Positions 53,815 to 64,000 of a stretch of 64,000 bases of DNA are shown here, piece by piece (within the stretch, counting starts at the first letter, position 1; the number at the start of each line of letters is the position of its first letter). Under the pieces are notes generated by a model. The model made no database searches. It worked only from the letters and a program-made list of their open reading frames with translations, and was not told where the DNA came from. Origin of the DNA: Cercozoa sp. M6MM (taxonomy: Eukaryota > Protista > Endomyxa: Ascetosporea). A program made the translations under genes and the position numbers. Location: the NCBI GenBank assembly GCA_040357565.1, contig JBDODJ010000007.1. One strand, written 5' to 3'.

Positions 53815-54786
53815 CTACCTTTCGCTGACGTTATGTCATTCGATCCGATTTATCAATCACCGGTTATCGTGTGATAATTTTCCATTTCCAACTTGCCGTT
53901 GCGTTGAACGAAACCGAACTGAGCTGCGCTGGAAGTCCAGAACTTCAGTTCAATTGAAACTGAACGGAACGCCTTCAGTTTAAGTTTTACGTCGGTCGCG
54001 GATGTGTTTTCCTCTCCGCACTGACTGGGGGGAGGGGGGACGCGAAAGTTCCAGTGAGTTCATGACAGTATGTTGTCAATGCTCTAGACAGCTTGATGTT
54101 CTGCAAGTTCGCTCACACTATCCGTGGCGGCAGTTTGGACAGGAAGCAAGTTCGTGTTGGACGACACGGAATCGCTGCGTGCGTTCAACGCCTGCTACTC
54201 AAACATCGAACACAGCAGGGCACACGGTGCAGTTAACAAACAACAAGAGAAGGGCTGCTACCCGCTCACGCAGTGCCTGCACGGCCATCTGACGCACAGT
54301 GAATTGCTGATGCTCCAACTGTACAGTCAAAGGAGGGAGGATCCATCGTCTACACTGTGTAATGTTGGTGTTGGATTTGAAGAACCATTCGCTGACGTCG
54401 CTGGAGGACAAATGGCACCACCTGTCGCGCCACTCGTCTCGCGCTGAGATGTATCATAACAGCGGCACAAACCGCCTGCAGACTGCGCAACAAGTAGCCG
54501 ACTGCCACGATACCTGCCAGTCTGGGAAAGACAGCTGCATTCACTGTTCAATAGAAATAAAACAACGGTACATTGGCCAGCTGTGTCGTATGCCTCTTGT
54601 GTCATTGTGACACATGTCGAACAGCGACCAGTCCGGTAGCACAAAGTCACGCCAGATGAGAGCTAAATTTAAAAACAAAGATATCTTTCGTATGAATTGC
54701 AGTGGTGTGCACCTGACGATGGGGGAGATTCCTACCTAGAACGGGCACCGACAGCGGCAACAATGTCGGTAGCAACGTCCACAATA

Positions 54787-55214
54787 TCATGAGCCAGGTC
54801 GAGGGTGCCACCTACTGAAATAGAGCTTTGTAGTACAAAATGAGATGGTCAATTTACAAACGCTCCTGCCGCGAGTGACTTTCGTGTGAGCAACACGTCG
54901 TTGGGCGGCACGTGATGCGTCTGTTGGAACCGTCGAGTGTCTGTACCCAGTCACAACATTCCAACACTCCTGCCGAACAGGGAGCAAGCGGGGGTACCGT
55001 CAATGCTATTAGAAGCGGCACACAGCCACACTAGTAGTACAACGAGCCATGTCACTCCGAGCACAATCGACACCACGAACGAAGATGCTGTTCCAAGAGT
55101 AGTACATCCCCTAAGCAGACTGACATACAGTATAGTACATCCCCGTGCGCTTCGAAGTGACCTAGTCGGACTGTCTCCCTGCATTCACTCACAGTGTTGT
55201 CAATACACGCTGTG

Positions 55215-55263
<49 letters not shown>

Positions 55264-55273
55264 NNNNNNNNNN

Positions 55274-55322
<49 letters not shown>

Positions 55323-56446
55323 ACTTAAGGAACGCCTGAGTGCTCCCACGAGCTCGATAACGCAAGTGCCGTTGACAAGACAGCACGCCAGACCCGATAG
55401 GCAGCACTGCCTGCGCGCCAGACGGGTTGCGATAGCTTCGACATCAAGGTCGCTGTCCGAATCACTCCTAAAGTTGAAGGAATACACAAAATGAAGCACA
55501 ACACAAGAGAGGGAGCACTGATGTACAGTGTACCCTACGAACTCAAAAGGCGGGGCACCCAACTGCCCTTCTTCCTGCAAACGACGGTAGCGCAGTTGAT
55601 GCGCGTGCCATAACATGGCACTCGCGATCTACAACCCCCCCCCATATTTTGCGTAAATTTCGTCTCATATGAAAGGTGTTCATTTTTGACACACGATTGG
55701 AACTTCCGTGAGTGCGTGCAACCATGCTTCGGAGGCCTAAACAAGCCAATCTCAAGTGGCATGTTTTTTAGAACAACATGGCTGTACCAGGAACTGGGTA
55801 GTCGAGAGCATTGCCATCGGCGATACATGCACTAGGCACGCAGTACAAAAGAAGCCGCGGGGTGCAAGGAATAAGATACCGAGTGCGTTCGGATTGTGCA
55901 CCATTGTGCGCACGTACTGCTGCAGAATGGCCTCACGGCGCGTCTCTTCGTCCCTGTAGTCCAACAGGCAGTATCGATATAAAATGATGACATAAATTTA
56001 CCGTACGTACTCTTCACTTTATTTTACACTAATTTACCAATTCGCCTCGTTTGGCGCGTTCGCAGCAGTGCCCGCGTCGGTGCTGGCACTGCTCTCTGCG
56101 TGCAAAATCGACGTCTTGCACAGGGGGCACTGTGACGAGAGACCTGCTCGAGCCACCCATTGGAGTGCACAGTGCACGTGCATGGCATGCGTGCAGTGTT
56201 TCACTGTCCAGTTTTAGATAGCACAGGAGGAACAGCTTCCCGTACGATATTGCAAAGGGTACTCTGGGCTCTGTTCGGCGACTCCATGTGCTCGAGGCAG
56301 ATGCAACACAGGTCTTCGGCGTCGCTGGTTTGTTGCGACTCGATACTTAGTCTGACGGCACTGTTGTCGACAGCGCTGGCTGCAGTCTGGCCGACACTCA
56401 CTGGATTATCACTGGGCGTGACAACGCTTTCAAGCGATACGCGCAT
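54787..56446 (-). CDS. RING-H2 E3 ubiquitin ligase-like protein with C-terminal hydrophobic segments
   Basis: Spliced CCICLEHM...|VKHCTHAMHVHCALQW...QCPLCK is C3H2C3; downstream hydrophobic stretch FVVSIVLGVTWLVVLLVWLC. The 3' end is uncertain. Confidence 0.7.
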
Positions 56447-57075
56447 TTCGTTGCAAAGCAATTGCGGGGGTGGCCTGAGCCCTCTAAATTTAGTTTGTGA
56501 TCATGGCACGCGTGTGTACTATTGATTTGCTCAGAGAGTAGAAATAGAGCTACTACATTCCAGAGGCTGGGGTCGATGCGGGCGTCGGGGCATCTAGCTG
56601 GGACATATTCAAGCTTAGGAAACAACTGCAAAGCCGTTCATGTTGAGTTATTTTACGAGTTCGTTTCTGGGAGACAGTGAGGAAGCCACAACCAACGCGA
56701 GCGTTAGCACACACCAGTTATACATGCGGTGGCACACACTCTTTCAGTCAGGTGAGCCCCGCTTTTAGCGTATCTTTCCAGAGGGGGCCTGCATTACTGC
56801 GCTCGGACTTGGGCAACTTTTTGTTTCGTGCCGGTCGTGAGCTAACCCCAGCTATGCGCTTTGATTTGAAACTAACTGAGTTGCAGAAAAAGCTCATTTG
56901 GGAACAATGAGTCTCTTGCCGTACCGGGCTTTTTGTTCTCGGCACCGCTCCCTTGGTCTGTCCGTTTCCAGGACAATTCCAACGACTTGCAACCATTCCA
57001 TCGCTGTGCAGTGACCAGAGTTCAGGCTAGCTGCGTCGATGTATAACTACAGCAGCGGTACATCAATGTACAAAC

Positions 57076-57121
57076 AGAGCGGTTGTACGCCAGTGCTGAG
57101 AGCGGTTGTACGCCAGTGCTG
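57076..57121. repeat. Perfect 23-bp tandem duplication AGAGCGGTTGTACGCCAGTGCTG x2
   Basis: Directly visible in the region between the RING and GFM2 genes. Confidence 0.9.
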
Positions 57122-57635
57122 ACAGCGCGATGCACGACAATCAAAAAGAAGGTCAGAGTGGTGCATATACATGTCAACATCTTGCAAGGCAGGCTGTTGA
57201 GACCCACCAAGTTCAGAACAGGTCTGTATATTGTATCGTCATTCTCAGTAGTTTCCCTTGACAATGATAAGTTCCACACGAAAAGAAAATCGGGAACTTT
57301 GGGCTATCATGGGTTAGGACAGCTGTTTCGTAGATTTGGCGCAAGACGATTAAACAAGACACCTCGAGCCGTTAAGGTGCTGTGACATAATAACCATCTG
57401 ACGGGTGACTTTTTTCCAGTCCACCAGTGCTGCCGCCCAAGACCATTCTCGCCCCGAGAACAGACATACGTTCCTTAGTTTTTTTTTGTATCACGGCAGT
57501 ACCCTCAATTTACCAAGACCTAATCCCTGTCTGAGAAAGCTGCGGTAGCAACGAGTAGCGTAGCGTAGGGTCGTATTTACAAAACCGCGCGGAAGCGGCA
57601 CGGTAAATTTACCGCTTCGCTTCCGTTCAGTTAAG

Positions 57636-60600
57636 TTACTCTGGGGTATCAAAACCCATTTCGAGAGCCTACAAAGCAACCAGTGAAGGAACAGAGCATA
57701 AAACGGCTCCCTTTACCTCGGCAAGCAAGGCCGCATCGCCGCGCGAGCTACGCGCGTACTTTTCCATGCGCTACAGAAGGGAAGTTTTATACATTTTTGC
57801 ACAAAAGTATGCACACACGCGACGTACCTCCTGATAAACCGAGCACAGTTCGTCGGCCAGATGCATCGGCAACTCATGGTACTCGTGTAGCTCCATGGAG
57901 AAGGTGCCAGCACCTCGCGTGAAAGATCGAAGCGCACTCGCGTAGCCGATCATCTCGCGCAGTGGCACATCCGCCGTGATGTTACTGCAAAAAGGTGTAA
58001 GTTTGTATTTCCCTTCTTCTATAAAATAAACACACAGAAAGTAGAGCTACCGTTTTGTAGTGTCCTCGGTGGCCGACACTTCAGAATTCATGTCGAACTC
58101 GCTGTCAACAATATGTGCCCTCCTGTTGGCCTGCATGGGAGATAGCGGCCGACAAAGTAACATGTGGTGTCGAGGATATAACGAGGTACAGTAAGGTCGC
58201 GCATGACGGCGGCGATAGCGAACGACGGAACGGACACTGCGACACGCATCAGCGGTTCTTGGACCTCCCAGGTAAGCGAGCTGCCCTGTGTAGACATAGA
58301 TATACTTCGACCAACCTCATGAGAAAGCACAAAGAAAGCAACGCACCTTTTGCAGCTTCCGCAGTGTCTTCCAGGCGAGTAACACACGACGTTCCTCGCT
58401 CAGCGCGGTAGACGTGGAGCCTACACACATAGAGGCTATCCCAACAATCGCCAATAGTAGCATCTAAAGTACCCTCAAGCACATGGCAGCCGGTAAGTCT
58501 AAGGCTACATTGTGCCAATCGATGGCCGCTGATGAAACCAGAGCGTTCGGCACGCTCGGCCAAGTCTGTATGGACTCAAAAGCATGGTCAAACAGAAAAT
58601 GAGAGACGCGGTGCAGCAACTACCCTGACAGAACTTGATGTAGAAGTCCTGTGTCGCAAAGAAGTTTGAGGTCTTGGCCACATCAGGCGCCGCAGTGCAC
58701 AGGTTTCGGCCCTCTAAGCATGAGACATACATTTAGCACTCTTTCGTCCCATCGCAGCAGTGTGCGTACCAACAGAATGCTCTAGTCGATCGACCTTGAA
58801 CGTAAAGGAAAAGGCAATGTCGTTACCACCTATTCAGTCACGTCGAGTGTGCAAATGCAATAACAAGCGAGTAGTAAAGCAGACGAACCAACTGAGGTGC
58901 GGACAGCGACATTCGTAGTCTCCGAGTGACTGGGCACCTCCTGATACTGCACCTGCATGTCGCCCATGTCGACCTCTGTCCAAAAGCCACAGCATACTTT
59001 AGTATATCAGATGAGGAGGGAAGGACCAATGTACGGCCCTTAATGGAGGCACTCAGACGCGAGTGAGCAATCTCGAGGTGCAGCTCGCCCATGCCCGACA
59101 GTGCGTGCGACTCGGCAACGGCATCGTGTTCCCATCTACAGAACAAACTCATGTTAGTATTTCCATACACAGACTTGTTTGAACATAACGTCTACCGGAG
59201 AGAAGGGTCCTCAGCGCACATGGCATCGAGTGCACTGTGCAGGTCCTTCAGCTGCGTACCCCTGTGACCACACATATACTATACGAAGCACAACTATCCA
59301 TATGACAGCAACGGTACCGCTGAGGCAACAGAGAGGCCGTAAAGACAGGCGCCGGCACTTGCACTCCCTCCAACAGCGGCACATTTGGCACATCTACACC
59401 ACTACTGTACACATACATCAAGCGACGAAGACACAGGAGGCACCCTTGGTGTCGCCAGCGAGCTGATCGGCCCTCACGAAGGTGTCGCCAGTTCTCAGAG
59501 ACTACGGCACATGGCCAAATGCCAGATAGGAAGGCAAGAGTACAGGTAGGGATACATTGCAGCCAGCCAGTGCGACGATGTCGCCTGCCGCCGCACACTC
59601 GACCGGACGCATCTCACCACCCTGGATTCGGAAAAGACGGGTCGGCAGCTCGGCCCATTTCGTCGGCCCCAACTGTACCAGAAATTGGGAGATATACGAA
59701 GGGCCAAAAGCATAGAGGTGTAAAGTACCTCCTCCATCGTGCGCACATTCACGATTTTCTGCCTGGGCTCGAGTTTGCCTCTACAAAAGTGAGAGTAGTG
59801 TCTACACACGTGTCTGTGCTAAGGTGACTGTACCCATAGACACGAATGAACGCGACGTTGCCGAGGTGCGGGTCCTGCCGCACCTTGAAAGCCAGTGCCA
59901 CCAGGTCCTGCAAACGAAAGAAAAATACACATCCGCACGGACGTGTGCAGAAATACAAAACAATACAGAATCTGCGTCGGGGTGGATGACGTCGGACTCC
60001 TTCTTCTGCACCGTCAGCGTGCCGGTCTGCTTGGTGCCCTTGTAGTGCATACGACGCGCCTTGGCGGGCACGTACTTCGATCTTTCCTGCGCATGAGCCG
60101 CAGCTAAATGTACATTGGTCCAAAATGTAGCCATTTTGTACCGAAGGTGACGGCAAAAACTGCGTCGCCGTATCCAGCAAAGCACGAACACCCTTACCCC
60201 TCAGGGCGGCACCCACGACGACCTACGTACGCACATGATGAAAATAGGTTGTTTTGAACGAGACCCGGCAAGGGAGAGGTACAGGCATGGCGACTGCATC
60301 CTGCGTTGCAGTCTTCACCGTCTCCAGCAACAGCTCGGTCGGCACCTCCTCTTCCATAAGGACTGCACGCGACAAGACAAGTGAATGAGGGGTATAGGGA
60401 ACGGAGGGCACAGTACACAGCTCAGCGATCTCGTCGTTCAGGTCAGAAAGGGCTTCCAGCAGTTCCTACGACAAGCGAAGATGACAGAGGCAGTTAGCCC
60501 AAGGGAGCAAGAATGCAGACTACATGCCGCGCCTCCTGTGCTTGCTCCTGTTCCTCTGACGGCAGCGCCGAAAACTCGCGCTGCGTCCACTCATCGTCGC

Positions 60601-61725
60601 TACCCTCTGTACAACAGTCATACAGTTCAAAGCGTGCTTTCTATGTTTTTGCTTGTGCTACCCTGATACTCGAGTACACACATGTTGACCAAGTCGACAA
60701 CAATGTCGGGCACCCAAAGGCCCTTGCTGCACAGAGCACAGTGTAAAGCAGAAGAAAAGGAAGGGATAGAATACACACCGGAACACAGGCATCTGCAGTG
60801 GTAGCGGCGTCGTTCGCAACTTGGTTTGGATCTGCTCCAGAGTGCTACCGAGACAGAAGAGTCAAACAGACAGACACAGGCTGGATTCAGGACAGGCTAC
60901 ATGCTGTATCGTTCGGCAGCACCGTCTTTGTCGAGCTTGTTGACAAAACACACTGCCGGCACACCATGTGCACGTGCCTGATACACCGTACTGAAGAGTA
61001 CACACATACGGTAAACAAAGCAAGTGCGTACCTGCTTCCAAACCGTCTCAGACTGCGCCTCGACACCACCGCAGCAGTCCAACACCACCACGGCACCGTC
61101 TAACACTACGCGCGGGGGGGGGGGGTAGGTGAAGAAGACTGGGGTGTAATAGGCGCCACGAGTACCGCGCATGGCTCGTTCAACTTCGACGGTGAAGTCC
61201 ACGTGACCGGGAGTATCGATCAGGTTGACCTGTCGACCAGCCCTGTTCCAAACAAAACACACGGACATCCACAAACTGCACTAAGTCAACCGGAACGCCT
61301 ACCACGGGAAAGACACGGCGGCGGACTGGATTGTGATGCCGCGCTCCTTCTCCTCGTCCTGCGCAGTGATACACGTTTCTTGCACATTCAAAAACGTGTC
61401 TGCGAAACAAAAATACAAGAAAGTCAGTGACGGTGTCGCCACTGTCGACGTTGCCTGCCGTGTCAGTCGTGCCGGCCAAGTACCTACATAACGCATACCA
61501 CACCTCCTCCTGATACACTGTTCAATATTTACAAGGCAGCCTCCGTCGTTGTTGTCTTTCCGGCATCAACGTGGGCCTATATTTCATCCCTTTTTGGCAC
61601 TGTTTGTCGGTGCGTGTGCCTAGAATGAGTGCTACAACAACGCCGACATTCCGCGTGGTCAGAATTGAAGACTGGCGCAGCTGCGTACGCAGTCGCGCAA
61701 CGCTCAACAGCAATTGACGATGCAT
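57636..61725 (-). CDS. GFM2: Mitochondrial elongation factor G2 / ribosome-releasing factor 2, highly intron-rich
   Basis: Presequence [18 protein letters not shown]; RNVGVV|[17 protein letters not shown]|[45 protein letters not shown]; domain [27 protein letters not shown]; ends [10 protein letters not shown]. Confidence 0.88.
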
Positions 61726-61888
61726 ACACGCTGTGTCACCGTCGCAAATGCAGAGATACGTTCAATAATTATGATTCAATTTCGGGCTCGAAGAGCCCCA
61801 AACTACAGAGTACTCCAGTGGCCATAGTTAAATCGAAAATGCACACGAGTAGTGCGATATTCTTGCTTTAAACACAAGATCGTATCTA

Positions 61889-63325
61889 ATGCCTCCGAAA
61901 AGAGACCCGCCAAAGTGAGTTGTGTACTTTTTGTCGGAGCTGTTGCGGGCACGGTGGTGCTGTAGAGAGTTGCGGGTGTTGCTGGGCGCATTGGTACCGC
62001 AGTCCACCGAGAGCGTGCTTCAGGCAGGTGTGTCTGATACACTTCCTTCAACGGCTTGATACACAACAATATAAGAATCAGTACATATTGTGTGCTAGGT
62101 GACTTCGAGGACACGCGACGGAGAGCGCAAACGAACTCATACACGGACTATTGTGTCACGTTCCGTCGACTCTGTGCACTTGAGTAGTTTTGTTGTTTTG
62201 TTTGTATTTGTCCTATCCCGTCAGATGTGAGTTGTGTGTGTAGTGATGGGCAAGGCGGTTACCTTCACGTTCCTGTGGCGGGTGCGCGCGCCGCCAAATC
62301 TCTGCCCATCCTGCATGGTACTTATAGTTTGGGATGTATCATTTGAGCGACAAACATTGCTTGTAGGCATGCTTATGTTGCCATTGGACGTGTGGCGACC
62401 GCTGCAGCAGAGTGATGCGATGTTGCAGAATGGTATTGTTTCTCAAAGGTGAAAGTACATAGAATACCGATGCTAGTCGGTGCAGCCATTCAGGAGGCGC
62501 GGCTACAAGTGTGTCGCGAGGCACTTGATACCGTTTCGGAGGTCTCTTGTCCTACAACACAAGATCAAGAGTAGTCAAGGTGATGCGTTTGTAGGGCACT
62601 CTGTTGGAACTGCTGCCACGCACGTCGGTCACAATACTCGTGCGACCAGGTTCAACCTTTGAAAGTGCGTTCTCGGCTTTACACCTCCCTGTTTACAGGC
62701 AATACCCGCGCACGTGCGCCCATCAATGCCTTCTTTGACCAGGTTAGATAATGCCTGTCGCTCGTGTACTACTGCGTACATAAAGGGTGTCTGCAGTTGT
62801 TCATTCGAAGTGAGAACCAAGTGCGCGGCAGTATCGCACAGAGCGACGACATTGCCGACATGCGTATACTACAGGTCGCACGCACATGGGCACTGAAGCC
62901 TTACCAACCACCTCCACAGGACGCTTTGTACTCTTTACTCCATACGATGGATTCCTTTACACTCTGCGTTATTCTTTGCTGCATGTACATCCAGATGCGT
63001 ATTTAAAGCGCCAAAAGCGGCAAGTGCGCGCGATGACCCACGGACGACGTGGATTCGCGCGCTTTCTCAGGTGCCAGGTGTGTCGGAACGCAAGGCCGAG
63101 TACATCGCCGACAAAGTGCCGTCGATGCGTGCATTGTTTTTGCTGTGCGAGCAGGCGCCGTCACTTTCAGCGGCACACGCACGCTTGGCCAAGGTGTGGT
63201 TTCTTCTCATTGATTGATCGCTTTTATGGCTTTGTCGCGGTGTTTGCAGATCCCGACAGGGCACAGTCGACTCGGACCTGCACTTGCTGGTACTGCAGAT
63301 ACGTACCCGAATCTAATTCCATCGG
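61889..63325 (+). CDS. Hypothetical protein, multi-exon, Cys/His-rich C-terminus
   Basis: The frame is kept through successive GT-AG introns from MPPKRDPPK; C-terminal CQVC..KCRRCVHCFCC..H..H. Confidence 0.5.
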
Positions 63326-63482
63326 GTGTGTTCAGGTAAACTCGTGCGTTTCGTGACGGCTGTCGACCCGACGCAGTCACTTGAAGAGCCAATCGCCTAA
63401 ACCACGGAAACCGAAGCACTGTGCTGTCTGTAAGTCGGTATTGGTATTGAACGGAAAACGGCAGATGCGTTATACTGATAGC

Positions 63483-63633
63483 AGTTAGTTAGTTGAGTCT
63501 TATGGGAAACCATAAGTACTTCCCCTGCACCAGTCTGGGGTGGGTCACAAGAGCATGGTCGTGTCTGCCGCCCGCTTAGGGTAGGACCATACAACTCCCC
63601 TTTTCCCCAGACAACGAAGTCGACTTTATGGTT
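63483..63633 (-). mobile_element. Longer copy of the SINE/LINE-3'-like element, with extensive self-complementarity
   Basis: 63483-63545 is the reverse complement of the 36073-36138 element (shared ACCCACCCCAGACTGGTGCAGGGGAA, TGGTTTCC, AAGACTCA and CTAACTAAC tail); nested inverted repeats extend to 63633. Confidence 0.6.
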
Positions 63634-64000
63634 GGTGTTGTATGTATTGATACGATAGTATAAATAAATGGAAGATATCATTTATTTACCAAATGATGTG
63701 ACTTAGAGGGCGAACTGAGAGCGAAAGTTAAATCGCCGTCACCCGAAGATCGGTTAATTATAACGTAACCCGCCCAAAAGACGATATCGGCGTATAGCTA
63801 TTGTAGGGAGGAAGTTTGCAGGAAGTTTGCACCGCGCCGCCACCGTATGCGATGAGAATGCCAGGGTGCCCGCGCAAGGACCGACGAAAAGTGACGTGGC
63901 GAGTGAGAACTGGAAGTTCTGGGTCGTTGGTAATGATGCCTATTCGGGGAAACCGCCAATGTGCATGATTGGCAGTCCGGACGGCAGCTCATCAATCAGA

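Noticed and set aside
54002-54650. Possible small plus-strand gene
   Set aside because: Several short ORFs but no consistent splice model or motif; left unannotated.
57076-57121. CRISPR-like direct repeat
   Set aside because: Only two adjacent copies, no spacers, no cas genes, and a eukaryotic context.

Overview
Gene-dense nuclear DNA from an intron-rich microbial eukaryote, probably a flagellated protist (it carries centrin-3 and CFAP57). Introns are short GT-AG spliceosomal introns, many filled with microsatellites, and the standard genetic code fits every conserved gene I could splice by hand. There are about 20 protein genes, many in head-to-head pairs: a MAP3K/Cdc15-like kinase with a PH domain, nuclear-encoded mitochondrial uL16, a four-domain EEEE voltage-gated Ca2+ channel, a PCD-like protein, an RS-rich protein, a CLPTM1-family protein, a membrane-anchored flavin amine oxidase, centrin-3, a DOMON/cytochrome b561 protein, CFAP57, a RUN-DysF-PH protein, a RING-H2 ligase, mitochondrial EF-G2 and several hypothetical proteins. 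One U6 snRNA gene is present. The most distinctive non-coding signal is a small retroposon-like family seen twice. One copy is 66 bp with a perfect 13-bp target-site duplication and a (CTAA)n tail. The other is longer and folds into a rod-like hairpin. There are no prokaryotic features such as CRISPR arrays or operons. Exon boundaries were inferred by eye, so gene ends are approximate. There are four N gaps.
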